DNA from: Mobula hypostoma
Taxonomy: Eukaryota
Direction of reading: 5' to 3'
Length of the DNA stretch: 64,000 nucleotides
Assembly (NCBI RefSeq): GCF_963921235.1
Contig: NC_086109.1
Location: 4,590,001-4,654,000, forward strand
This document shows positions 26,501-41,500 of this stretch, one piece after another. Made by a program: the position numbers and the translations under genes. How positions within the stretch are numbered: the stretch's first letter is position 1; each line of letters begins with the position of its first letter. A model generated the notes under the pieces. That model ran no database searches, was not told where the DNA came from, and saw only the letters and a program-made list of their open reading frames with translations.

Positions 26501-29500
26501 AGACCACCTGGACAATGCAAACACCTATGTCAGGATGCTGTTCATCCACTATTGCTCAGCATTTAATACCATCATTTCCATAATCCTGATTGAAAAGTTA
26601 CATAACCTGGGCCTTTGTACCTCCCGCCGCAACTAAATCCTCGACTTCCTAAGCCGAAGACCACAATCTATGTGGATTGGGGATAAAATCTCCTCCTCAC
26701 TGACGACCAACACTGGTGCACCTCAGGGGTGGGTGCTTAGCCCACTGCTCTACTCTCTATATACACATGGCTGTGTGGCTAGGCATAGCTCAAATGGCGT
26801 CTATAAATTTGCTGACGATACTACCATTGTTGGGAGAATCTCAGGTGGTGACGAGAGGGCATACAGGAGTGAGATATGCCAACCAGTGGAATGGTGCCGC
26901 AGCAACAACCTGGCACTCAACGTCAGTAAATTGAAAAAGCTGATTGCGGGCTTCCGGAAGGGTAAGATGAAGGAACACATACCAATCCTCATAGAGGGAT
27001 CAGAAGTGAAGAGTGAGCAGTTTCAAGTTCCTCGGTGTCAAAATCTCTGAGGATCTAAGCTGGTCCCAACATATCGATGCAGTTATAAAGAAGGCAAGAC
27101 AGCAACTATACTTCATTGGGAGTGTGAAGAGATTTGGTACATCAACAAATACACTCAAAAAGTTCTACAGATGTACCGTGGAGAGCATTCTGACAGGCTG
27201 CATCACTGTCTGGTAGGAAGAGGGGGCTACTGTACGGGACCGAAAGAAGCTGCAGAGGGTTGTAAATCTAGTCAGCTCCATCTTGGGTACTAGCCTACAA
27301 TGTACCCAGAACACCTTTAGGGAGCGGTTTGTCAGAAAGGCAGTGTCCGTCAATAAGCACGTCTAGCACAAAGAGCATGACCTTTTCCCACTGTTACCAT
27401 CAGGTAGGAGATACAGAAGCTAGAAGGAACAGCTTCTTCCCCTCCACCATCTGATTCCTAAATGGACATTGAACCCGAAAACACTACCTCACTTTTTTTA
27501 AAAGATATAAATTTCTGTTTTATGCATGATTTTTAATCTATTCAATATATATTGTAATTGATTCATTTATTTTATATTATTATTTTATTTTGTGTTTTTT
27601 CTTCTATATTATGTATTGCATTAAATTACTACAGCTAAGTTAACAAATTTCACATCACTTGCCGGTGATAATAAACCCAATTCTGATTCTTCAGATCCTC
27701 ATATTATCTGGGAACGTAAATTGTAAAGTACAGCATGGCTGTGGAGCCCTTGGAGGTGAAGAGGTTTTCTTGGATTACAGAGTATTAGCCACAAGAGATT
27801 GCACACACTTGGACTGCTTTCTCTGGAGTAGCGATGGTTTGAAATTCCTAAGAATGGGTTTGGGGACAGAGAGGCGAATTAGGGGTCAGGTTAGAGTTTA
27901 GAGTCCATGATGTGGGGGAGTTAGAAGTCAAATTAAGTTTTAGGACAGGGATGTGAAGAATTCAGATGTCAGGCCTCCTGTCTACGTTTGGAGACCAGTG
28001 ATGTGCACATGGGATGAAGGACATTCAGAGTCCAGCAACATGAAAGATGACAAAGGACGTCTGTGGATGTTGGGCTGTCTCAGATCACCGGGATTTGACG
28101 CCTATGTGAGCAGAAGGCATGAGGAGGAACAAGGGTCGGTCAACTGACCAGCCTGCAGTTCGGGCCTGGAATTTGGGGTCCTGTCATCAGTTGGTCTAGG
28201 GGGCAATACTGATGGCTGAAGCCTGGAGACTGAAGACCTGTTCAATGATGGAAACGTCAAATACTAGAGGGCTTGGTTTAGGACGAGTGGTGCAAGTTTA
28301 AAAGTTTTTTAAAATACAACAAGGATGGCAGGTGCTTGGGATTGTTGCCAGGCTGGTGGCAGAAGCCAATACAACAGCAAAGTTTGAGAGGAATTTAGGC
28401 ACATGAATGGGCCAATGATAGTGGGATAGAGAGTAAACACATTAGATGGGATTAGATTAGATTCCCTCATGACTGGCAGTCATGATAAGCAGAAGACCCT
28501 GTTTCTGAGATGTACAGTTCTATTCTCCATGTTAAGCAGCCCACTTGACTGGCAGAGCCTTGCACATCCTACAATCCATTTCCCCCACCATCGCCACATG
28601 ACTGCAGAGCGTAGCGCAAAATGTCTGGTAATTTCTCACCTGGGATATTAGACAGCAACTCCAAACCCACCACCTCTACCACTCAGCAGGACAAAGGCAG
28701 TGGTTTTGCGAGTTCCCCTCCTACACCCACACCATCCTAACCAGGAAATATTATCACCGGTCCTCCTTCATGGTGCCATACATTTTGACGTCAACAGAGC
28801 ACACTAACAATGCTCAGCAGACGAACACAGAACACAGCAAGCAACAGTGAATGACACCCTGTTCGTCACCACCCTCTGCATCTGACATGACAGGCCATCT
28901 TCAGCCCCAGCATTCATGGGTGTGCAGACAACGGACCCGACGTTAAGGGCATTTGTGGATGGAAAATAAATACTGAACTTACCACTGGATCCCACATCAG
29001 AATAAAATACTCTCATTTATCATTGGAGCCGTCGATCCAAAAATACTCTCATTTACCACTCCCGTTTCAGTCCCTAATTGGCCGCTTACCTCTTCTCACC
29101 TGCCCATCACCTCCCCCTGGTACCCCTTCACCTTCCCTTTCACTCTCCACTCCTATCAGATCCCTCCCTCTCCATCCCTTTACCTTTCCCACCCACCTGG
29201 CTTTGCCTATCATCTTCTAGCTTGCCTGCCTTCCACTCCTCCCCACTTTTTATTCTGATATCTTCCCCATTCCTTTCCAGTCCTGATGAAGTGTCTTGGC
29301 TACAAGTGTCAACTGCTTACTCCTCTCCATTAACGCTGCCTGACCTGCTGAGCTCCCCCAGCATTTTGTGTATGTCGCTCAATTACCAGTGTTGTCCTCT
29401 TCACAAAAAAACTCTCATTTATGCTGGTAAAGGATTTCAACTGTCATAATTTTCTGTAAATATTTGTGCATGTTTATTGCTGTCAATAAAAGTATACACA

Positions 29501-32500
29501 AGATAAAAGCATGAATTATCCAATTTTTTGACTTACCAAATGCTGAATATGGAAAAGAGCTTTTTGAAGCTGCAAAGGAAGAATATTGAAGTTAACATAA
29601 TAGCAGTCAAACAACAGAGGAAAGTGAAAAATACAAAAAAACTGCAGAAGCTAGAAATCTAAAATAAAAACAAAAAATGCAGCCTCTGTGGGAAGAGGAT
29701 TACAGCTGACATTTCAGGTCTATGACACTTTGTCAGAATAGAGGGGAGATGCGCAGAAACCCAGTCACCCTGACATGTAGACACAAGGCGTAGAGACCAT
29801 GTCCAGACAGGCCTGCAGAGAATGTCCTGCTGCCCTGCATTTTACATCTCCTACATTCCTTTCTGACGTTCTTTTGTCTCTTTTTGCCACAGCATCACAG
29901 CTTTGTTTTTATATTCTAGTCCATTCAAAATGAATGCTAACATTGCATTTGCCCTCCTTACCACCAACTCAACAGGCAAGTTTACTTCGAGGAAATCCTG
30001 TAAAAATCCCTTTGCACCTTGGATTTTTGAATTTTCTCCCTGTTGAGAAAGTAGTCTACACTTTTATTCCTTCTAGCAAAGTGCATGACCATATACTTTC
30101 AGAAACTGAATTCCATCTGCCACTTCTATCAACCACCACTATAAACACACCCAATCACCTGACCCGCACTGCCACCTATGGCAACAAATTGCACGGATTC
30201 AACACCCGCTGGCTAAAGAAATTCCTGCTCATGTCTGTTCTAAATGGACGTGCCTCTATTCTCAGTCAGTGCCCTCTGCCCTAAACTCTCCCACTATGGG
30301 AAACATCCCCTCCACATCCACTCTCCAATGTCAGCACATCCTTATTTAGATAAGGAGCTCAAAATTGCTGTCATAATCCAAGTGAGGCCTCACCACTGCC
30401 TTATAAAGCCTCAGCGTTAATTCCTTGATTTTATATTCTAGTCCCCTTGAAATGAATGCTACCATTGCTTTTGCTGTCCTCACCAACAACTCAACCTGCA
30501 AGGTAACCTTTAGTGCATTATGCTCAAGGACTCCCAAGTCCCTTGTCCTTTACAGATTTTTGAATTTTCTGTCTGCTTAGAAAATAGACTACGCTTTTGT
30601 TCCTACTATCAAAGTGCATAACCATACATTTCATCTGCCACTTCTATGCCATTCTCCTAATTTGTCGAAGTCCTTCTGCAGCCTCCAGCTTCCTCAGTAC
30701 TACCTGCCTCCACCTATCTTCTTATTGTAAGCAAACTTGGCCGAAAAGCCATCAATTCTGTCATCCAAATCATTGACATAAAATGTAAAAAGAAGTGGTC
30801 CCAACACTGACCTCTGTGGAACACCACTAGTCACCAACAGCCCATCAGAAAAGGTACCCTTCATTCCCACTCTACTTCTCGCCAATCAGCCAATGCTCTA
30901 TCCATTCTAGTATCTTTCCTGTGATACCATACTCTTATCAATAGCCTCATACGTGGCACCTTGTCAAAGGCCTTCTGAAAATCCAAGCACACAACATCCA
31001 CCAATTCTCTTTTGTCTGTCCTGCTTGCTATATCCTTATTACATCACAATTATTTAAGAGTTTCAGAGTTATTGGACACATCAGAAGAAACACTCAAAAT
31101 ATAGAACATAGAAAAGTACAGCACAGGGACAGGCCATTCAGCCCAAAATGTTGTGCTGAACCAGCTAAAAAGCAAATCAAAAACCCCTGAACACTAATCC
31201 TTTCTACCTGCATCATGTCCATATCCCTCCATCTTCCTTACATCCATGTGCCTATCTAAAAATCTGTTAAAAGCCACAAATGTGTTTGCCTCACCACCTT
31301 ACCCAGGCAGCACATTCCAGGCATCCACCATTCTCTGAGTAAAAAACTTACCCCTCACATCCCCTTTGAACCTACCCCGTCTCATCTTCAATGCATGCCC
31401 TCTGGTATTAGACATTTCAATCCTGGAAAGAGATGCTCTCTGTCCACTCTATGTCTCTCATGATCAAATCTCCCCCCAGCCTCTGCCACTCCAGAGAAAA
31501 CAACACAAGTTTATCCAGACTCTCGTGATAGCATATGCCCTCAAAACCAGACTGCACCCTGGTGAACCTCTTCTGAAGCCTCACCAAAGCCTCAACATAC
31601 TTTCTACAGTGGGGCAACCAGTCCTGTACGCAGCACTCTGGATATGGCCTACCAGAGTTTTATACAATTACAACATAATCTCCTGATTTTTGAACTCAAT
31701 GCCTCGACTAATGAAAGGAAGCATTCCCGAAACCTTCTAAACCACTTTATCGACTGCGTAGCCACTTTCAAGGAGCTATGAACTTGGATCCCAAGATCTC
31801 TCTGCTCAGCAACACTGATAAGGATCTTGCCCTTAACAGTGTACTGCCTGCTTGCATTTGCCCTACTGAGGTGCAACACCTCACATTTATCTGGGTTAAA
31901 CTCCATCTGCCATTTCACAGCCTATATCTGCGACTAGTCTACATCAGTCTATCACAGTCTTCTGCACTATCCAGAACTCCAAATTTGGTACCAGCCGTAA
32001 ATTTACCAAACCTCCCATTTACATTTTCATCCAGGTCATTTCCATACATCACAAACAGCCGAGATTCCTGCAGAGCTCCTTTAATTACAGACCCCCAGCT
32101 CAATAAGTCCCTTCAGCCACTACCCTGTCTTTTACATACAGCCAGTTCTGAATTCTAACAGCCAGTTCACTGCAAATCCCATGCGTCTTAATATTCTGGA
32201 TTAGCTCCCATGAAAGACTTCGTCAAACACCTTACTAAAATCCACGCAGACAACATCCACTGCCCCACCCTCATCAATCTCTCTCATCACCTTGTTAAAA
32301 AACTCAAATCAAGTTGGTAATTTTCATTCACTCTCCAAGTCCAAATGAATCATATTTTATTTGAAAGTAAACATAAAAACATAACTCATTCCATTGATCA
32401 GATCTTTGGCCACTCACCTACCAATAGCTCTTTATAGCCAGGAGACTATAGTAGGAACAGGAATGAACCTGCAGTTCCTCACGTCTGCTCCCCCCACTAA

Positions 32501-35500
32501 CTATAGACGACAATTTCACTTCCACTCTAGCTTTAACTTCCATCTTTACTTTACTTTATTGTCGCCAAACAACTGACACTAGAGTGTACAATCATCACAG
32601 TGATATTTGATTCTGTGCTTCGCGCTCCCTGGAGTACAAATCGATAATACATATTAAAAATTTAAATTATAAATCATAAATAGAAAATAGAAAAGGGAAA
32701 GTAAGGTAGTGCAAAAAAATCGAGAGGCAGGTCTGGATATTTGGAGGGTACGGCCCAGATCCAGGTCAGGATCCGTTCAGCAGTCTTATCACACTTGAAA
32801 AGAAGCTGTTCCCAAATCTGGCCGTATGAGTCTTCAAGTTCCTGAGCCTTCTCCCAAAGGGAAGAGGGACGAAAAGTCTGTTGGCTGGGTGGGTCATGTC
32901 CTTGATTATCCTGGCAGCACTGCTTCAATAGCGTGCGGTGTAAAGTGAGTCCAAGGACGGAAGATTGGTTTGTGTGATGTGCTGCGCTGTGTTCATGATC
33001 TTCTGCAGCTTCTTCCGGTCTTGGACAGGACAACTTCCATACCAGGTTGTGATGCACCCTAGAAGAATGCTTTCTACAGTGCATCTATAAAAATTAGTGA
33101 GGGTTTTAGGGGACAGGCCAAATTTCTTCAGTTTTCTCAGGAAGTAAAAGTGCTGGTGGGCCTTCTTGGCAGTGAACTCTGTTTGGTTGGACCAAGTCAG
33201 GTCATTTGTGATATTGACACCGAGGAACTTAAAGCTTTTGACCAGTTCCACTTGCGCACCACTGATGTAAATGGGGTCCTGCGGTCCGCTACTCCTTCTG
33301 AAGTCAACAACCAACTCCTTCGTCTTGCTGACATTGAGGGATAGGTTATTGTCTTCACACCATGCCACCAGGTTCTTAATTTCCTCTCTGTACTCAAACT
33401 CATTATTACCCGAGATGCAGCCTACAATTGTGGTGTCATCAGCAAACTTATATATTGAGTTCGGTGGAAACTTGGCTACACAATCATGGGTGTACAGTGA
33501 GTAGAGCAGGGGGCTGAGTACACAGTCTTGTGGGGCACCGGTGCTCTGAGTGATTGTAGAGGAGAGCTTGTCCCCTGTTTTTACAGCCTGGGTCCTGTCT
33601 GTGAGGAAGCTGAAGATCCAGCTGCAGATCTGAGTGCTAAGGCCCAGGTTCCAGAGCTTAAGAATCAGTTTATTTGGAATGATGGTATTAAAGGCAGAGC
33701 TGCAGTCAATGAAAAGGAGCCTTGCATACGTGTCTTTATTCTCCAGGTGTTCTAAGGAGGAACGTAGGGCCAGAGAGATGGCATCTGCCATTGACCTGTT
33801 GCTCCGGTAGGCGAATTGCAAAGCGTCGAGGTTGACCGGTGGGCTGTGGTTGATGTGTGTCATAAACAATCTCTCGAAGCACTTCATAGCAATTGATGTC
33901 AGAGCCACAGGTCGATAGTCATTCAGGCTCTTGCTCTTGCTCTTCTTCAGCACTGGGATTATCGTTGCCTCCTTAAAACACAAGGGGATCTTAGACTAGA
34001 GCAAAGAGCAAATGAAGATGTCAGCAAACACTCCAGCTAGCTCACTTGCACAGGCCCGGAGAACTCAACCCGGGACGCCATCTGGGCCCGTCACCTTCCT
34101 TGGATTTATCTGCAGGAAGGCCCTTCTAACGTCCTCCTCGGTGACGATGAATCTCGATGCCACCAGGTCCGGTTCATCTTCTCTTCTGTTCGAATCTTGC
34201 TTAGAATACGTTAAGTTCGTCAGGAAGAGAAGCACCACAGTTAATGATATTCCCAGCCTTTCCTTTGCGCCCAGTGATCTCATTTAGACCCTGCCATAAT
34301 CAACCGGCATCCCTCTGGTTAGCCTGGGGTTCCAACTTGGCTTGATATTACCTCTTGGCGCCCTTAATGGCTTTCTGGAGTTCACGCCTGGATTCCGTGT
34401 AGTGACTGGTATCCCCGGACCTAAAAGCCGCAGCTCTAGCTTTCAAAAGGGACTGGACCTCATAATTCATCCAAGGTTTCCGGTTAGGGAATACCCGGAT
34501 CGTCTTGCAAGACACTCAGTCCTCTGTGCATTTCTAAATAAAGTCCGTGACAGCTGAGGTATACTCATCGAGGTTAGCTGCCGAGTTCTTGAATCCTAAC
34601 CAGTCCACCAATTCAAAGCAGTCACGGAGGACCTCATCCGTTTCCTCCGTCCATCGTGACACCACTTTTGCCACCTTGACCTCCTGCTTCTGTTTCTGTT
34701 TGTAAGCCAGGAGGAGGAGTACGGCCTGATGGTCCGATTTTCCGAAGTGAGGTCGTGGGACGGAATGGTAGGCATCCTTGACTGCTGTATAGCAGAGGTC
34801 TATATTTGGGCCTCTAGTGGGGCAGGAGACATGTTGGTATAACTTTGGCAGTGCCTTTCTGAGGTTGGCCTGGTTAAAGTCCCCGGCTGTAATGAGCAAA
34901 TCCTCCCGATACCTGGTCTCAAGTTCACTGATGTTGGCATACAGTATGTTCAGAGCACACTCTACGTCCGCCTGGGGGGGAATGTAGACTGCTGTCAGTA
35001 TGACCCAGGTGAATTCCTGTGGCAGATAGTAGGGACGACACTTCACCGACAGGTGTTCCAGGTCCGGGCTGCAGGAGCTTGTCAGTGCCACTGTGTCCGA
35101 GCACCACGCAGTGTTGATCAGCAGGTAGACATCACCACCCCTTGTCTTGCCCGAAGACGCCGTGCAGTCCATCTGATGGATCGAAAATCCTTCCGGTTGG
35201 ATGGCATAGTCGGGGGTGGCGGGGGAGAGCCAGGTCTCAGTGAAACAGAATACACAGCAGTTCTGCATCTCCCTGCAGTAGGTGAGTCTTCCTTTAAGAT
35301 CATCCACCTTTTTCTCTATGGCTTTCACATTAGCTGCTAGGATGGTGGGCATAGGGACCCTGAAGCCCCTCAGCTTCAATCTGACCAGCAGCCCAGCCCT
35401 TTTCCCACACTTCCTTGGTAAATAGTGCATCTTTCCAGGTTTCCATTGATGCAGTGTGTTGTTGTCAGCTCTGAGGTTGGTGGACGCGTCCCGTGGGGAT

Positions 35501-38500
35501 CTATTGGCAGGTCGTGTCGTCGGGTGCTCTGGGTCGAGCCGAGTGATGGGGGAGGCTCCGCTGCCACTTCCAGCTGCCGGGGTCCTGGGCTGTTGATTGG
35601 GTCGGGCCCCGAAGCCGACACTTAATCCCGGTTGGCCGGGCTCCTGGCTGAAACAAGTCCTTAAGCCGAGTCACTGTTGCGGAGACCTCCGCTCCAGCCG
35701 AGCCTCGGGCTCGTTTCCGAGGTTGACGGCGGAGGCCTCACTTCCGGCAGCTGTGGATGGCCACCAATAGGGCTTTACGGTGGTCGCCCCAGGGAAGCGC
35801 CTGGGGCACCTTGAGGTCTCCGCCGTCACTTCTGTGTGATCGTCTGCTCCGGAGAGGTGCTGGTTCGGAATGGGCCGCGTCTCCAAGCGCTCCGGCACGG
35901 TAGCAGGCCGCGAGTCTCCGGGAACGTAGTGGGCTTCGGACCAGGCCTCGCTGGTCGAGTCCTGGTGCGGTCCAGAGTTTAAGAAGCAATTCTGGCGCGG
36001 TGATCTCCAGCAGGGCCGGTAGCTTCGCCAGGGTGTTGTTGATCTTGCTAGATGTAGCAGATTGGAGGTTTAGAAGGGTTTCTCGGGTATAGGAAAGTGT
36101 AGAAGGCAGTTTGTTCGGGAGAGCACGCGCAGAGTCGCCAGATACCGGCGCCAGCTTGAACATACATCTTGCAAGGGAACTGGGGAATGTGCACGTAAAC
36201 CTGCACAGATGACAAGGGAGGAAATATGCAAACTCCAACTCTTAACAACTAATTCTGGTACAACATGTTGTAATCGTTCCTCCACTTCCCTCTTCCAAAC
36301 CATTCACAATATTGCATCAGGGTCATAGACACAAACAGGCCCTTCAGCCCATCTAGTTACATAGAAACATAGAAAACTTACAGCACAATACAGGCCCTTT
36401 GGCCCACAAACTTGTGCCGATCATGTCCCTACCTTAGAAATTACTAGGCTTACCCATGGCCCTCTAGTTTTCTAAGCTCCATGTAGCAATCCAAAAGTCT
36501 TTTAAAAGACCCTATTGTATCCGCCTCCACCACCGTTGCCGGCAGCCCATTCCACGCACTCACCACTCTGCGTAAAAAAACTTACCCCTGACATGTCCTC
36601 TGTACCTACTCCCCAGCACCTTAAACCTGTGTCCTCTTGTGGCAACCATTTCAGCCCTGGGAAAAAGCCTCTGACTATCCACAAGATCAATGCCTCTCAT
36701 CATCTTATACTTCTCTATCAGGTCACCTCTCATCCTCCATCACTCCAAGGAGAAACAATGAGTTCACTCAACCTGTTTTCATAAGGCATGCTCCCCAATC
36801 CAGGCAACATCCTTGTAAATCTCCTCTGCACCCTTTCTATGGTTTCCATATCCTTCCTGTAGTGAGGCCACCAGAACTGAGCACAGTACTCCAAGTGGGA
36901 TCTGACCAAGGTCCTATATAGCTGCCACATTACCTCTCAGCTCTTAAACTCAATCCCATGATTGATGAAGGCCAATACACCGTACACCTTTCTAACCACA
37001 GAGTCAACCTGCGCAGCTGCTTTAAGTGTCATATGGACTTGGACCCCAAGATCCCTCTGATCTTCCACACTGCCAAGAGTCTTACCATTAATACTATATT
37101 CTGCCATCATATTTGACCTACCAAAATGAACCACTTCACACTTATCTGGGTTGAACTCCATCTGCCACTTCTCAGCCCAGTTTGCACCCTATCAATATCC
37201 TGCTGTAACCTCTGACAGCTCTCCACACTATCCACAGCACCTGCAATCTTTGCGTCATCAGCAAATTTACTAACCCATCCCTCCACTTCCTCATCCAGGT
37301 CATTTATAAAAGTCACGAAGAGTAAGGGTCCCAGAACAGATCCCTGAGGCACACCACTGGTCACCGACCTCCATGCAGAAAATGACCCGTCTGGAACCAC
37401 TCTTTACCCTCTGTGGGCAAACCAGTTCTGGATCCACAAAGCAATGTCTCCTTGGATCCCATGCCTCCTTACTTTCTCAATAAGCCTTGCATGGGGTAGT
37501 TCACGGTGAACTATTATCCTGCATAGTCCCATCGACCTGCCCCTGGACCATAGCCCTCTAAACCTTGCCCATCCATGTACTTACCCAAACTCCCTTAAAT
37601 GTTGAAATCAAATTAACATCTTCCACTTTTTCTAGTAGCTCGTTACAAACCCTCACCATCTTCTGAATGAAGAAATTCCCTCTCGGGTTCCTCTTAACTA
37701 TTTCACCTTTCACCCATAACCTATGACCTCCAATTCTGGTCACATAGAACACAGAAAAGTACAGCACAGGAACAGGCCATTCAGCACACAATATTGTGCC
37801 AAACCACCTAAAAGCAACTCAAAAACACCCAAACACCAATCCATCCTACCTGCACGATGTCCATATCCCTCCATCTTTCTTACATACTTGTGCTTAATCA
37901 AATGTCTCTTAAAAGCCTCTCATGAAAGCGCATGCTCTCTAAACCATGCAGCATTCTGGTAAACCACTTCTGCACCCTCTATAAAGCCTCAACATCTTTC
38001 CTATAGTGGGGTGACCAGAACTGTATGCAATACTCCAGAAGCGGCCTAACCAAAGTTTTATAGCATTGGAAGATTGTTCAACTCAATCTCTTGACTAACA
38101 AAGCCAAGCATTCCATAAACCCTTCTTAACCACCTTATCGACCTGCGTAGCCACTTTCAAGGAGCTATAAATTTGGATCCCAAGATCTCTCTGCTCAGCA
38201 ACAATATTAAGGAACTTGCCCTTAACAGTGTACTGTCTCTATGCATTTGCCCTACCGAGATGCAACACATCACATTCATCTAGGTTAAACTCCATCTGCC
38301 ATTTCTCTGCCCATATCTGCAACTGATCTATAATATACTGTACTCTTTTACCAGTCTTCAAGACTTCCACAACTCCACCTATCTTGGTACCATCTGGAAA
38401 TTTCCTAGCCCTCCCATTTACACTTTCGTCCAGGTTCATTTATATACATCACCAATAGCAGAGGTCCCACCACAGATCCCTGCAGAACTCCACTAAGTAC

Positions 38501-41500
38501 AGCCCTCCACTCAAATAAGTCCCTTCAACCACTACCCTTTGTCTTCTATGCACAAACTAGGCCCCATACAGCCACTCCTCTCCCTCAGTCACCGTGCCAT
38601 TGCTGAGGGTGGCAGAGGGCCACACTGTTAGTTGACTCATTATAAAGCCTAACGGCTGAGGGGAATTATCTCATACAGTGCTCTTTGGAGCAGTGCAGTT
38701 GTCTTAGTCTATTACTAAAAGTTTTCCTCTGTTCAGCCAAGGTGGCATGCAGAGGGTGAGAAACATTGTCCAAAATTGTCAGGATTTTCTGTAGGGTCCT
38801 TTGTTCTACAACAGCACCATTGACTCCAATGTGTTCCTGGTAGGCAAATTGCAGGGGATCGAGGGCTGATCTGACCAGGGGTTGGAGGTGAGCCAGGACC
38901 AGCCTCTCTAGAGTATTCATGATGTGTGAGGTCAGTGCCACTGGACGGTAGTCACTCAACCTCCACCACCCCAAGAAAAAATAAATAACCCAAGTTTGTC
39001 CAATCTCTCATTATAGCAGATGTCCTCTATTCCAGGCAGTATCTGGATAAACCTCCTCTGCACCCTCTCCCAAAGTGGAAAACCTCACACAACCTCAGTA
39101 TACCCTATCTATACCCCTCATCATTTTGTATACCTCTATCAAATCTCCCTTCATTCTTCTACAGTCTGGGGATAAAGTCCTAACCTATTCAATCCTTCTC
39201 TGTAACTCAAATCCTCTATGAATTGTTAAGTGATAAGGTTCTGGCTATATCCCTGTGACATATCACTGTTTACACCTTGGTTACAGGCCCAAAACTTTGC
39301 TATTTCTTTCTTCACAGATGCCGCATGTATTTTAGATTTCCAACATCTGCGTTCTTTTGTTTTCAATCTGCATTTCTGTGATGTAAAAGCAATGATAGGT
39401 CTCATTTTGAAACATAACCTATATTTATTTTGCCCTTTAATCTCAGAAGCTGAATTTTTTAAAATTTGTAGGAGTGAAGAGCAAGAGGTAAACAATCACC
39501 AAAACACATTAAAAAAAATCATACTGCCTCTCAATTTTGATCCAATTTTACCCACTATTTCTAGAAATGTTTACTTACGTGGTGTGCAGGTGGGTGGTGA
39601 GGATGAAAAATTGCTGTCCTCTCCACATACAATGAGACCATCGCCTTCCATCTCATAACCTTCTTTACACCGGAAAATGACTTGATCCTGATATTTATAA
39701 GTAGATTTGTATGGCGATGCCACGATAACATTGTCAGGAAAATCCGGAAGTGGACATTTAACATCTGGTAAAATAAAGAACTTCTTGCTGTTAGGTATCC
39801 CAATGAATTCACAACACAAATAAAATAGTAAGAATAAAGTTTTAATTTTAAATTCAAAGCACTTAAAGGCACAAAAACACTTTGCTGAACTAAAACAGAT
39901 CACGAAGCAGCATCTCGTGCAGATGCAGACCGTTCAATCAGAATGCCCACTGTAACTTTGTGCTCTGCTGCTGGACCTCACTGAAAGTCCTCAGAGCTGC
40001 TGAGAGGAAATGCCACCTCTCCACATTCACGGACATGCTGCCCTTTCCCGAAAACCTAACCTGCTTCTATCCTGTTCAATCTTCACCGAAACTACTCAGT
40101 GCATTGCCCTGACAACTAGATGCTTACCTTTTGCCACTAATATGTACGGGGTCTTTCTTTTTGTGTTAGAGTTAAAATGGCGACTTTGTTATGTTAATCT
40201 GGGGAATGTGGCTTTGTTGTGTTAAACGCTGAAGAGAGCAGATTGTTTTACTTTAAAGTAGATAACAGCCTTCAATTAGCCAATGGGTGGTTATGTATCG
40301 TTTTGTTTTCGGATACCATGCTGTATGATATGACTGTGGACTGGGTCGGAGGAGAGACGAGGAGGACCGCGGACGTGCGGAGAGGCTCCGGTCGATCACT
40401 CCAGGTTGTCCCGAGCCGTGAGTCGATAGGATCTGGGTGGACGTCTGAAGTCGAATTGTGCTCCAACTGTAGCGCGCAAAGAACTTGGACTTTGATAAGT
40501 GTGGCGCCTTTTTTTTTATTAGTTTCCTCTCTGTATCAACTGAATATTAATGTCATAGAATTAGTAATTTCTATAAAGTGTATTTGTTAAAATTTACTAG
40601 GTGTGCTGGCTGGTGATTGATGTTTGTGATTAATTCGGGCTGCAACTGACCCTGTGGGGAATGTGGAGGCAGGTGCTGGGCAGGTTTTCCCCTTGACATA
40701 CACGACCCAATATAATGGAACGTTACAAATATAAGACCATATGATATAGGAGCAGAAATAGGTCGAGTCTGCTCCAGCATTCCTGGCTGATTTATTATCT
40801 CTCTCAACTCCATTCTCCTGCCTACTCCCCATAACCTGTGATGCCCTTACTAATCAATCCATCAATCTCTGCTTTAAATATACTCAGTGACTTGGCCTTT
40901 ACTGCCACCTGTGGCAACGAATTCCATAAATTCATCACTACAAAAGAAATTCCTCCTCACCTCTATTCTAAAGGGATGACTTTCTATTTTGTAGCTGCGT
41001 CCACTGAACCTATACTCCCCCATTAAAAGAAACACCCACTCTATACCCATTCTATCTATTATAACCCTGAAAACTGTCACCCTTCCCAGGGTGTGTTGAA
41101 CATTTTCTAGTTTGATTTCAGATTCCTAGCAACCGCAGATCCTACTTCTGATGGGGAAGTGGATATTAAACTAGTCAGAACTACATGAAACAGTAACACA
41201 TCCAACCTGGGAGACAGATCAGACTCCAGGTGAGTGGGAAACCCTTCATAATAAGGGCACACTGGAAAGTGAAGCAACTTGTAATGACCAGCAAACCACC
41301 AGTGGAAAAACCCTCCTAGTGAGGGCAAATCTGGTTGGCTCACACTTCAATGTCCAGTTCTAGTTGCCATATTTTTAAAAATGAACAGGGCACTCACATT
41401 GTTGAAAAGTTGGATGAGCTGGTCTCTCTTCTTTTAGCCATGTGGTGACCTAATCTAACATTTTGAGTGCGTTACTCTGGATTTCCAGCATCTGCAGAAT

